Assembly (NCBI GenBank): GCA_000002435.2
Contig: CM018791.1
Source: Giardia intestinalis
Taxonomy: Eukaryota
Direction: 5' to 3' (one strand)
Length of the DNA: 64,000 nucleotides
The notes under the pieces were generated by a model. The model did not search any database and was not told where the DNA came from. It saw only the letters and a program-made list of their open reading frames with translations. Position numbers and translations under genes: made by a program. Shown here piece by piece: positions 1 to 9,254 of this stretch. How positions within the stretch are numbered: position 1 is the first letter of the stretch; each line of letters begins with the position of its first letter.

Positions 1-1064
1 TTTCTTCTAATAACCTTTGATGCATAAGGGATCAGCATGTTTCCCAGGACAATGATCTTCACAACTGCCACGAGCACTAGGGAGGCAGTATAAAGGATCA
101 TGATTACAAGAACGCCAAATGGCATGATGTACTCCTTAGAAAAGGGATCCCTGTATACCAAAGACATGACATAGTTGTCTTGTAGTAAGATGCAATCCGT
201 ATCGACTGCCGTACAGGTACCATCGAAGAAGAACACAGAAACAATGGAAACACCAAATGACAGGACCAATATAACGCCCACTGTGAAGAAAATGGTGGAC
301 GCTGCCCACCGGTAACGGGATGAGTATGAGCCCTGCTGCTTGTTTTGCTGTCCGATAAGGGTAGGCGATATCCATAAGCAGTATAAGTAGTAAAAGGGAG
401 AAAAGACTCCTGGTTTTGTGTGAAACTCAAAGGGCACAAGGGGAGCTGGGGGAGGGTCATGTCTGTAGCTGTGTACATATCCAGTCCTACGCCAATCTCC
501 ATAGACTACGCAAACACACAAGAAAACGATGATGAAAAGAAAGCCAGCGACGGCACACCCAATTGTAAGACCGTGAAGGGTTCCCCGAGGCAAGAGAGTA
601 AACGGAAGAATAACGACAATGCAGTACAACAACTTAATGAGTATATAAACTATGGGGTCGACCTTTTGAGTAAGCTGGCTGAGCTGTGCATACGCACCAA
701 GGGTTTGGTCAACTAAGGCTAAAATCTCTGGGGCAGGAAGGTATGTAAGCATCGTGCTTATCGCTGCAAAGTGGTAAGCCCAAGGCCTCAAGACACGAGC
801 TAGAAGATCCACAAGCGACGATGACGCCATGTGGTAGGCTGCTTCTGCCAGTACGATCTGCGCGTAAACGGAGTATGCAGCAGACAAAAGCATCAAAACG
901 ACGGAGAGAGGAATCCCTAGTACATGCATAAAGCGTGGTGCCGCAAGGAGTAGGGGCGAAAAGCTGCAGAACAAGATTAGGGTGCTTGCTCCGACATACG
1001 CCTTCACACTCGATTCTCTCATGGGCGCTACACCTGAATGAGAAGCCTCCTTGGCCGTCAGCAT
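1..1064 (-). CDS. Multi-pass membrane protein, amino-acid-transporter-like (AAAP/Aa_trans-like); 3'-partial, the C-terminus runs off the left edge
   Basis: I translated the minus frame by hand. It is open from ATG (1064..1062) to position 1, and the in-frame upstream stop is TGA at plus 1083-1085. The product has about 10 hydrophobic segments (e.g. ...FGVLVIMILYTASLVLVAVVKIIVLGNMLIPYASKVIRR). It is absent from the ORF track because no stop lies inside the window. The divergent A-rich spacer 1065-1178 is shared with the next gene. Confidence 0.55.
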   Translation of the reverse strand, partial: MLTAKEASHSGVAPMRESSVKAYVGASTLILFCSFSPLLLAAPRFMHVLGIPLSVVLMLLSAAYSVYAQIVLAEAAYHMASSSLVDLLARVLRPWAYHFAAISTMLTYLPAPEILALVDQTLGAYAQLSQLTQKVDPIVYILIKLLYCIVVILPFTLLPRGTLHGLTIGCAVAGFLFIIVFLCVCVVYGDWRRTGYVHSYRHDPPPAPLVPFEFHTKPGVFSPFYYLYCLWISPTLIGQQNKQQGSYSSRYRWAASTIFFTVGVILVLSFGVSIVSVFFFDGTCTAVDTDCILLQDNYVMSLVYRDPFSKEYIMPFGVLVIMILYTASLVLVAVVKIIVLGNMLIPYASKVIRR

Positions 1065-1178
1065 GGGTAGGTAGTCTGTCCCTCAGAAATTCTAGTGTTG
1101 GAATCCCTGTGGAGGTAGAAGCAAGAATGAACTTTCGAGTGAAATGGCGAAAATACATTCCAAATAAGAAAGCAGAAG

Positions 1179-3065
1179 ATGGGAAAGGGAACCACGCCTA
1201 AAACGTCCCAAATAGGCTCGGCTGCCGCCAGCCGAGTTACTCCTTCGTCCATGAAGATCTCTCACACAAATATAAAGAGTAAAGCGCAGACCCCGACCTC
1301 GTCCATGACCAAATCTTTGAACAGCACAGGTCAGCGCATTAAGGGGATGGTCAAGTCCCTCTTTGGCACTAAACCTCTCATCCAGGAGGATATGGAGCCC
1401 TCAGGGTCTTCTTCGGAGATGATTCCCTTGCCAACCAAGCCTATACCTGGCAAATCCCAGAGTTCGCAGACAAGTCACACTCCTAGGAGATCAACAAGGC
1501 AGTCCGATGACAAGTCTTCCACGCGTGAGACTGGACCTGCGCCCGTGACCGCTAGTAGCCCCGATGCACAGCAAGCAGAGACCCTCTTTCCTGCGGCGAT
1601 CGCCACGCTTGCCACCATGGCCAACGCAGCACTCGCGCAGGCCCTCACGAACCCTCAGGCGTCTGCAGCCCTGACATCATCACTTATTTCGTCTCAAGGT
1701 CTCTCTACACGGGACTTAGCACTAACGACCTCAAATTTACAGCCGCCTCAACCTAGTATCGAGTACCCAGCCTCCTTTGGGGCTAATTACAATTCCCTAA
1801 GCAAATCTGTGACACAGCCACCTCCGTCTATTAATCAGCCATCTCTGCATCCATCGGCCGCGCCTACAGAGCAAGAGTATGTTATTTTTCCTGCGTCAAT
1901 CATAAACATGTACATGGCCATGAGAAATAAGGGAACAGATGTGGCACAGAGCTCCGTACAGCACGTGAGACCAGCGATGGCAAACTCTTTACCGGTACAG
2001 CAAGCTACAGAGTCTTTTGTGTCCACGAAGCGCACGGTCCACTTTGAGGCTCCATCAAAGGATACAGTTGGCCTCTCCAATTCGACGGGGTCTATAATCC
2101 AAGGAAGCGCCCTTGAGATATCAGCAGGGGCTGCGGAGAAGGAGCCAGCTCCTAAGAAAGTCATCATACGTGAAGATCCCAAGCCCGTGGAGCCTCCAAA
2201 GCAGGATACTAGTGTCGCTGACGCAAAACCAGCTGTTCCCGATCAACCCAAGAATGAACCTTCGAAGCCGACTGGTACGTTTTTGTTTGGAAAGGCAGAT
2301 TTTAGTGTAACCAGTTCAGCTTCAACAGCTAAAGATGGGCAACCGCCCTTAGCTGATTCTGCTTCTACATCCAACACTCAGAACAAGGCTGTTACTTATT
2401 CATTTAAATTTGGAAGCACCTCTGAGGATACGAAGAGCAATACATCCTCTAATCCGCCGGGGCCTGATTCCGATTTGAAGAAGGAGGAGACTGCAACTGG
2501 AGATAGCGCTGCATTCAAATTATCGCAAACAGACAATGTCCCGAAACCTCCATCGAAAGGTTTTGTCTTTGGTGCCCCAGTAGCGCCTGCACAGCAACCA
2601 CCGCCTCCTTCAACTCAGCTAACCACAAAGCAAGAGCAGCCTCCAGAGCAAAAGAAGGATCACCCGGTCTTCTCATTCGGGTCTATGTCTGCATCGACTA
2701 CACAAGGGTTTGGATTTAAACCCCCGGCAGATGAGCCCAAATCGACACCAGTCGCACCTACTGCAGGCTTCTCCTTCACTGCCCCCCAGACGGGCGCTAA
2801 ACAGACAGGTGCGTTTTCCTTCCAGGTATCTACCCCTCCTGTGCAATTTGGAGCGACAGGAAGTAACGCCGCATCATCTACCCAGCCCGGTTTTAGTGGC
2901 TTTGGTGGGTTTGGCGGCGGCTCCTCTAGTCAGTCCGTCTTTGGTGCGGGCGTGTCTCCATTTGGTACACAACCTTCAACGACCGACGGGGCCTCGGGAC
3001 CTCAGGCAGGATCCTTCGGCTCCTTCACCTTCTCTAATCCGTCAATCAAACCGCAGCTCTCTTAA
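1179..3065 (+). CDS. FG-repeat protein, nucleoporin-like (FxFG/GFG/SFG repeats in an S/T/P/Q-rich disordered protein)
   Basis: 628-aa ORF whose ATG is preceded by caaataagaaagcagaagATG. The C-terminal half carries FLFGK, FKFGSTS, GFVFGAP, FSFGSMS, QGFGFKPP, GFSFTAP, GAFSFQVS, GFSGFGGFGGGSS, SVFGAG, SPFGTQPS and GSFGSFTFSNPS separated by polar spacers. This is the classic FG-Nup architecture. Confidence 0.65.
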   Translation: MGKGTTPKTSQIGSAAASRVTPSSMKISHTNIKSKAQTPTSSMTKSLNSTGQRIKGMVKSLFGTKPLIQEDMEPSGSSSEMIPLPTKPIPGKSQSSQTSHTPRRSTRQSDDKSSTRETGPAPVTASSPDAQQAETLFPAAIATLATMANAALAQALTNPQASAALTSSLISSQGLSTRDLALTTSNLQPPQPSIEYPASFGANYNSLSKSVTQPPPSINQPSLHPSAAPTEQEYVIFPASIINMYMAMRNKGTDVAQSSVQHVRPAMANSLPVQQATESFVSTKRTVHFEAPSKDTVGLSNSTGSIIQGSALEISAGAAEKEPAPKKVIIREDPKPVEPPKQDTSVADAKPAVPDQPKNEPSKPTGTFLFGKADFSVTSSASTAKDGQPPLADSASTSNTQNKAVTYSFKFGSTSEDTKSNTSSNPPGPDSDLKKEETATGDSAAFKLSQTDNVPKPPSKGFVFGAPVAPAQQPPPPSTQLTTKQEQPPEQKKDHPVFSFGSMSASTTQGFGFKPPADEPKSTPVAPTAGFSFTAPQTGAKQTGAFSFQVSTPPVQFGATGSNAASSTQPGFSGFGGFGGGSSSQSVFGAGVSPFGTQPSTTDGASGPQAGSFGSFTFSNPSIKPQLS

Positions 3066-3074
3066 GGCGCTTAG

Positions 3075-3707
3075 TTAAGGACGACACACTGGTGGGCTAT
3101 ACTGCTCATGAATGCCTTTGTAAAGGGAAAAAAGCTTACAAAGGAAGTGCTTTTCACTTCTATCAGAATCTTTGGGGTCTCCGGATGTTTCTACGATGCG
3201 GTTAGTGAAAAAGCGCTCTAAGTTCACGTTGTAGCGGGCGCTATAGCAGTGTGCTTGACAAAGCATATCTATCTTATCGATAACGTGGGCTGCACGCGCA
3301 AGCGGAGAGTGAGCATCTTCATACATTGTAAACAGCTCTTTATAGAGTGCTCCCATGCGATGGAGACCAGAGTTGCAGAGGAGTAGTACCAGTTCTCTCA
3401 TAGCTGAAGCCTCTTGCATACGCTTTTCGGCGGCAGAGACCTTGCTCAGAGACTCGGGAATAATGTCACCGACGATAGACTCAGCCAAGTCGTGAAGGAG
3501 CATCATACAAACAAGACGTGTGCGCCTCTGCGGATCTAAGCTCACTGAGGAATCGAGGGCTACACAGGCCGTGGCGTAGCTGTGGTCAGCGACAGACTCA
3601 ACACAGCCAATTTCGGGATGGAGTGTCCAGCCAGTTCGTGGCAGGCAGCAGAGCCGATCCAGTAAAGCGTAAAAAGCCAAAAACGACTGCACACGGGAGG
3701 AGAGCAT
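3075..3707 (-). CDS. HD-domain phosphohydrolase, HDDC2/YfbR-like (5'-deoxynucleotidase family)
   Basis: Motifs PRTGW...PESVADHSYATACVAL and HDLAESIVGDIIP match the H...HD...D metal-binding signature of HDDC2. The ATG at 3707 is preceded by gttaagaaATG. Its stop lies 9 bp from the stop of the convergent FG-repeat gene. Confidence 0.8.
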   Translation of the reverse strand: MLSSRVQSFLAFYALLDRLCCLPRTGWTLHPEIGCVESVADHSYATACVALDSSVSLDPQRRTRLVCMMLLHDLAESIVGDIIPESLSKVSAAEKRMQEASAMRELVLLLCNSGLHRMGALYKELFTMYEDAHSPLARAAHVIDKIDMLCQAHCYSARYNVNLERFFTNRIVETSGDPKDSDRSEKHFLCKLFSLYKGIHEQYSPPVCRP

Positions 3708-3746
3708 TTCTTAACAGGCTCTGCCTGATTTGGTTTACTCCCTCGT

Positions 3747-6700
3747 TCAGCAGCGAGCTGCCTTTAAGAATTGTCTGTATATGTTACTCGTACGCACAAA
3801 CGTTATGGAGTGCATGCTATAAAGGTAAGCTTCTAAAAGCCTTGCTCGTTCCCTAATAAACTCCGGCTTCCAGCCGCCCAAAGCGTAAGGCCTGTCGGGT
3901 GGGATGTCAGGCAAAGTCGCTGCAGGATAGGCCGCAGAGATTGCCGCGTGAAGCTCCTTGACCTCCGAAAAGCGGCAGCTTATGTGGAGCCTCCTGCCGT
4001 CCATGCCCAGCTCAATGTAGTAACTAATGAAGGGTCGCGACCCAGAAATAATAACAGTGCGGTGGCTCAACACCTTGACATAGAAACTGGAGCATGACGA
4101 GGTGTCGACGAACAGGGATACATGTCTGCCGCTATCCCTATGCTTGTTGCTTCTAACTATGGACGATGCAGCTCCATGGCCACTCCTTCTAATTGCACTC
4201 AGTGTCTGCACAGACGGATCATACTCAACAGAATCGGATTCTCTCTCTAGTTGAGCCTCGATGTTGTGCCGTAAAGCCTGAAGCTCCTTGTCGCGCCTTT
4301 CACGAAGGCGAATCTCACGCATCAGCTCTCTATCCAAAAGAAGGCCACTATTAGTTGTGTCTATCGCAGAAGACGTCGTAGAGTTGGACTCTATCTGCGA
4401 ATTGACAGCGAAGCGTTTCCTCTCTGCCTCAAGTTTTTGGTACTCACGGTCAGCTTTGCGATTGGCCCGTTCAATCTCCTTGTCCATCCGCAACTTCTCT
4501 TCGGCTAAAAGACGCCGCAGCTCTTTCTCTTCCTGCCGTTTCTTCTGCTCCTCAATCTTTCGAAGTTGCTCTTCACGCAATTTCTCTGCCACGGCGATGT
4601 CTTCGCTGTGAGAGGACTCTGTTAGAGATGATACGGTTGTAGACGTCTCGCGCTCCATAGGCTCCTTCTTGTCCTTCTGCTGCTTCTTAGCAATCTTCTT
4701 ATCTGCACGACGCGTCTCGGTAGTGGATTTGATGGTGGAGTGGGGCTTAGACGAAGAAGTGTCTCCGTTAATCTTCTGTGGCTTTTCTGCTGGTGCGTCT
4801 TTAGTTTCCTTAATGAGGTCGGGCTTCTTCTTGATTGCGCTAGTCTTCTTTTTGTCTGCTTCATGCTTCGGTTCCTTCTCAGGCTTCTCAAGCTTCTTCT
4901 CCTTCTTCTGCTTGGCAGCATGATGCTTTTCCTTGGCATGTTCATCCCTCTGATGCTCCGCTTTATGCTTGGTATGTGATTTGGGAAGATGCTTTGGTGG
5001 AGTGTGTAGTTCTACAACAGGTGTATTCAGCCTATCAACATACAGGCTATCACTATCCTCATTATCGACGACCAAACTTATCGCAGGAGTATCAAGCCTG
5101 GATACAACCAAAGAGTCCTCCTGCACTTCTTGTTCTGTACGTAGAGCTGCATGGCCTGTCTCGTCCTCAAGCCCTTGAGGCTCTTCCTCTTGGCAGTATA
5201 GGTCCTCCTCGGCCTGGCGCAGCATCTCCTCCTCTTCACGTCGCGCCTGCTCAAGCATCTCTGCCTCTTTGCGAGCCATTTCAATATCAAATTCATCCAG
5301 CGTCTCTTCCGGAAGCTGAAGTACCCCTTCCGGTGTAGGCTCATATTCTTGTTCGTGGACCGACACCTGCTGTTCAATATAAGGCTCTTCTTGGCATACA
5401 TCAGAAGATTGTGCTAGCCCAAACGACCCATCGAGAACGTCAGGAGTTGCGACACGATCAACAACCAAATCCTCAGAAGGCAATAGCAGGCTCTCTGGCC
5501 CATGCGAGTCAGGTGGGGCAAAGTCGTCCGGAGTACTATCACAAGGAGTGACCTGACGATGGACCGAGCTTGCACAGCTATGTTCCTCTAGGGCTGGCTG
5601 TCCCCATTGAGATATCTCGCTTTTGAGTTCATCAATAAGGTCACTGTCTTGTATTCTCTCGAATGAATCCGATTCAGTCTTGTTAGAAATGTGCTCCAGA
5701 GGTGGAGCTGTCTCCATATCAGGCAAGCTCTCCAGGTCCTTGATCTCAGGGGTGTGTACTACCGCATCCTCAATGATAGCCTCCGCCTCACGAATGCTTC
5801 GTTCTGTCTCCGGGTCTGTTTGCAGTCTGGAAACAACATCCTCAGATACGTACTCATCAGCGTTGGAGAAGCTTCGCAAAAGCTCTACCTCCTGACTGCA
5901 TTGCGGTTCCTCGCTCAGGACCTGCTGTAAAGACTCGTCACAAGGTAGAGCCATGCTTATCTCCTCGCGGCTCTCAATAGGTACTAGCTGTTGTGGTTGT
6001 ATGTCCCTGAAGACTCTGTCCGCTCCAACAGCTGCGCGCAAACGCAGAATCTGATCTATGACCAGCATCTTCCTGACTCTGCGGAGATGCTCGAGCAGAG
6101 CTGCTGAGTCTTCTGCTTGAGCGGGGTCGACGACCTCTGGCCCTTGAGCAAAGGCTGTCTGAGGACTGGGGTCAATGGGGACTGAATCAGAAGGCGTAGG
6201 TACCCTGGAGACGCATATCGGAACGGCTGAGATGTCATTGTCTGAGAACGGCATAACTGGAGTCACATCAGAAAAGGCAGCCAAATCTGGGGCAGGTGCC
6301 TCACTAATTGCGGCAGGCGTCGATGGCGCATCATCAAAGCCAAAGAAGCCGAAAGCATCATTAGGCTCGATAGCGTCGGGGACCTCAGCGGCGCCATCCG
6401 CAAGGTTAGCCCCAAAGCCGAACATTTCATCCGGCTGCTCTGCAGGAGGGTCATTGGTGTTTGTTGGTTCGAGCATGTATTGTGGCTGGACATCATCGTT
6501 GTCGGGATTCTCGGGCCTAGGGGCCTCATCCTTACAGGTGTCCACGGGCTGGTCTTGTGGCTCATCATCAATAGGCCCTGCCTCCAATTTGGGTTCGTCG
6601 TTGTGCAGTTCCTGAGGATCATTGTAAGCATTATCTTCTGGCAAGCCATAGGCATATGCGTATGGGTTGGAACCATCACCGGCCACGTAAGGGGCGCCAT

Positions 6701-6824
6701 AGTAGTCCATGTCCGCGGCCATTGCGTAGGGGTTCTGGTGGTCACCAGTGGTCTCGTCCTGGCTCGTCCCGTAGTCCCCCCATCCATAGGCTTGGTATCC
6801 GCCCTGCTCCTGATCACCGTCCAT
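3747..6824 (-). CDS. PX-domain protein with an acidic N-terminal region bearing (D/E)MFGF and DAFGFFGFDD motifs, long coiled-coil and Lys-rich segments, and a C-terminal PX domain
   Basis: C-terminal PX signature CRFSEVKELHAAISAAYPAATLPDIPPDRPYALGGWKPEFIRERARLLEAYL (R-F-S-E ... LP ... P ... RR..LE.YL). The track start at 6881 is GTG (plus cac). I place the start at the first ATG, 6824, behind cttaaaaaaATGg. QPDEMFGFGANL and NDAFGFFGFDDAP motifs lie at about 6331-6427. Confidence 0.8.
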   Translation of the reverse strand: MDGDQEQGGYQAYGWGDYGTSQDETTGDHQNPYAMAADMDYYGAPYVAGDGSNPYAYAYGLPEDNAYNDPQELHNDEPKLEAGPIDDEPQDQPVDTCKDEAPRPENPDNDDVQPQYMLEPTNTNDPPAEQPDEMFGFGANLADGAAEVPDAIEPNDAFGFFGFDDAPSTPAAISEAPAPDLAAFSDVTPVMPFSDNDISAVPICVSRVPTPSDSVPIDPSPQTAFAQGPEVVDPAQAEDSAALLEHLRRVRKMLVIDQILRLRAAVGADRVFRDIQPQQLVPIESREEISMALPCDESLQQVLSEEPQCSQEVELLRSFSNADEYVSEDVVSRLQTDPETERSIREAEAIIEDAVVHTPEIKDLESLPDMETAPPLEHISNKTESDSFERIQDSDLIDELKSEISQWGQPALEEHSCASSVHRQVTPCDSTPDDFAPPDSHGPESLLLPSEDLVVDRVATPDVLDGSFGLAQSSDVCQEEPYIEQQVSVHEQEYEPTPEGVLQLPEETLDEFDIEMARKEAEMLEQARREEEEMLRQAEEDLYCQEEEPQGLEDETGHAALRTEQEVQEDSLVVSRLDTPAISLVVDNEDSDSLYVDRLNTPVVELHTPPKHLPKSHTKHKAEHQRDEHAKEKHHAAKQKKEKKLEKPEKEPKHEADKKKTSAIKKKPDLIKETKDAPAEKPQKINGDTSSSKPHSTIKSTTETRRADKKIAKKQQKDKKEPMERETSTTVSSLTESSHSEDIAVAEKLREEQLRKIEEQKKRQEEKELRRLLAEEKLRMDKEIERANRKADREYQKLEAERKRFAVNSQIESNSTTSSAIDTTNSGLLLDRELMREIRLRERRDKELQALRHNIEAQLERESDSVEYDPSVQTLSAIRRSGHGAASSIVRSNKHRDSGRHVSLFVDTSSCSSFYVKVLSHRTVIISGSRPFISYYIELGMDGRRLHISCRFSEVKELHAAISAAYPAATLPDIPPDRPYALGGWKPEFIRERARLLEAYLYSMHSITFVRTSNIYRQFLKAARC

Positions 6825-6973
6825 TTTTTTAAGATACAGAGGCAAAAGGCATCGAGGGGCGGCACTGCGGTCGTGTTTCACTTATTTTCCCCCGGCTGTG
6901 CGGATTCCTCTGTGGCAGCCACGCTACACTAGAGTATTCTTTAACAGTCCACAGGACTCCATGTGGGAAAAAA

Positions 6974-9157
6974 ATGTCTTCACGGTTCACTGAGACGAGT
7001 CGGTATGCTAACGACCGAATTGACATTGCGTTTCGCGATGATGTTTCATTGGATGATCTTGAGGAGCATACCATGTCCCTCCGTATTGACGACGATCAGC
7101 ATGCAACTCTGGGGTCTTCAACAGAAGAGTTTTCTCAAGTGACTGTAATAGACCTCTCCAGCATCGAAGCTAAGCGCAGGAGCAGCCTGCTGAGCGACTT
7201 TAAAATTCTTCAAGATCTGCACACTCGGCATTTCCTTAAATACAAAGAGTTATATTTCGACAAGACAAATAGTACACTATATATAACGCACGAAAAGGTT
7301 CTCGACATGCCTTTTGAAAGCTATATGAACAGTAAGGTCCGAGAACATGGAGACATTCCAGAGCAGGACATCCTCATTACCCTTGTTCAGCTTCTTGCCA
7401 TGGCTCGGTACCTCTCATCTTTGAAGCTTAGCAACCCCGAATGGGTGCGGTACATCTTCCTGCCCGCACACATCTATGTCTCAGCGATGGGCATCCTAAC
7501 GTTTGACTACGCAGCATGTTTTGAAAAAGCCCTGGCAAAGACCATAAGTGAAGACGTATACGAATGTCTTGCCCCAGAGTTTCTTGTTGAGCCATGGGGC
7601 TCTTCTCTACGGACATATAACTTCGACATCACTGGGACTCTGTCCTCAGGAGTTCTCCGCGATAGTGACAGAACCACGCCCCAGGATCAGAGTGTCGTAT
7701 GCGCATACGACAACATCATAGACACATATAGTGCGCAGGGAGGTGGCTCGCTCTTACGAGGGTGGGAGAGGCTGCAGTCATTCGACGAGCGGTCGCTAGT
7801 GTGGTCCATTGGATATCTAGTCTTGAGCATGTGTATTTATAGCAGGCGTGAAGCCCAATGTCAGAGCTCTCAGGCACCCCAGGACATTGCGTCTATGAGT
7901 AGTCAATTGAAGGTAGATGGCATGACAGCCGATGAATCTATTCCATCCCTTGTAGCTATCGGTTTGATGGAGAAGGTGGAGGAAGATACTTTCGCCCAGA
8001 CGACTGCGAAGCACGGCCGCGATGGGGACGCAGTCACAGCCTTTCTTCAGCAACGAATAGAGGATGGAAAGCGTCACAGCTATCTAGCTGAGACAAGGTA
8101 TATAGAGCTAGACAATAGCGTACCGCAAGAGGTTTGCGCCATCCTTGACCAATATGACTTGCGTAGCGTGTATTCATTGGCACTCATTGACTTCATTGGA
8201 CGGGCGCTGAAGGCTAGTGTGGAGGTACGCCCCCTTGTGAGTACACTTATCTCTGAAGAAGTGTTCTTTAATGCTCTGTCCGACATAGCGCAATTCTTGG
8301 AGTACCGCGACTCTCACGGCAACACGCCTCTCCATTTTGCTTGTGCCTTTGGGTGTGATTCGTTTATTTATGATAAGAGGAACACGCTAGTATACGCTAA
8401 GATGGGCAACGATAACATGCAGTCCGGCTCAATGATAGCAGCGTACATGGGCCATACCAAATGTCTGGAGGAGGTGGTCAAATATGAGTATAATTGTCGT
8501 GATGGTTATGGGAGAACTGCGCTCATGCTGGCCGCGTCTCAGGGCCACGTGGAGTGTGTGCACCATTGCATCATGGAGGCTAAACAAGTTGATAACAGCA
8601 ACAAAACAGCAATGATATATGCGGCAGAAAACGGCCATTGGGAGGTGGTGGAGATTCTCGCGCCCTTTGAGTCAGGGCGCCGCCCGGACAATGGTGAGCC
8701 TGCCATCTGTGTTGTGGCTCGGAAGGGGTATGCACGCTGTCTACGAGGCCTGCTAGACACAGAGCAGGAGTTTTTGCCTGAGGTGCTGCGAATAATTACA
8801 TCGCACCCGGCTGCCCTTGGGTTGAAGGAGCTTTCTGATGAGGCCTTGGTGAAGAGTGCGTCCGGTAACATCGTTAAGAACACGAGCTCACCATATTATG
8901 GCGAGTCATTCCTTAAGCCCGAACATTGCAGCTTTGTAGAATTCAACCCTCGAGACACTGATGACGAGCGTGCAAGGAAAGTCCGGGGATTGTTTCTTAT
9001 TGTCAAGACCCACTGTCGAAGGGTGAAGCTGATGCACCAGTGGGAAACAGAAGAAGAGTTCGTTCAAAAGGTCCTGGACGGACGGAACGTAAAATACTCA
9101 GCAACAAATTCCAGTCAGAATCTTTCAGAAATATCCAGCATGTACATTTCGTTTTAG
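6974..9157 (+). CDS. NEK-family pseudokinase with C-terminal ankyrin repeats (Giardia NEK/21.1-type)
   Basis: The ATG is behind gggaaaaaaATG. Kinase-like subdomains are degenerate: there is no GxGxxG, HRD or DFG, while ...SEDVYECLAPEFL and WSIGYLVLSMCIY resemble subdomains VIII-IX. Ankyrin repeats include GNTPLHFACAFG, GRTALMLAASQGHVECV and KTAMIYAAENGHWEVVEILAP. Confidence 0.75.
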   Translation: MSSRFTETSRYANDRIDIAFRDDVSLDDLEEHTMSLRIDDDQHATLGSSTEEFSQVTVIDLSSIEAKRRSSLLSDFKILQDLHTRHFLKYKELYFDKTNSTLYITHEKVLDMPFESYMNSKVREHGDIPEQDILITLVQLLAMARYLSSLKLSNPEWVRYIFLPAHIYVSAMGILTFDYAACFEKALAKTISEDVYECLAPEFLVEPWGSSLRTYNFDITGTLSSGVLRDSDRTTPQDQSVVCAYDNIIDTYSAQGGGSLLRGWERLQSFDERSLVWSIGYLVLSMCIYSRREAQCQSSQAPQDIASMSSQLKVDGMTADESIPSLVAIGLMEKVEEDTFAQTTAKHGRDGDAVTAFLQQRIEDGKRHSYLAETRYIELDNSVPQEVCAILDQYDLRSVYSLALIDFIGRALKASVEVRPLVSTLISEEVFFNALSDIAQFLEYRDSHGNTPLHFACAFGCDSFIYDKRNTLVYAKMGNDNMQSGSMIAAYMGHTKCLEEVVKYEYNCRDGYGRTALMLAASQGHVECVHHCIMEAKQVDNSNKTAMIYAAENGHWEVVEILAPFESGRRPDNGEPAICVVARKGYARCLRGLLDTEQEFLPEVLRIITSHPAALGLKELSDEALVKSASGNIVKNTSSPYYGESFLKPEHCSFVEFNPRDTDDERARKVRGLFLIVKTHCRRVKLMHQWETEEEFVQKVLDGRNVKYSATNSSQNLSEISSMYISF

Positions 9158-9254
9158 CAGTGATAGAAGTGCAGTGGCTGGACTGAACAGAGACTCCCCA
9201 GTTTATGGTCTCTGAGTCACCACAAATTAAGCTTGCGCTTGGATTTATTTTTTA

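Noticed and set aside
104-1158. Track ORFs 104..502(-), 136..375(-), 709..1158(-), 420..716(+)
   Set aside because: They lie in frames other than the single frame that is open across the whole 1..1064 interval and encodes a coherent multi-TM protein. The short ORFs have no domain or context support.
4288-5401. Cluster of 69-120-aa ORFs on both strands inside the 3747..6824 PX gene
   Set aside because: They are alternate-frame artefacts of the E/K/R-rich coiled-coil and Lys-rich coding sequence (poly-R/S/L translations). The host ORF is continuous and domain-supported.
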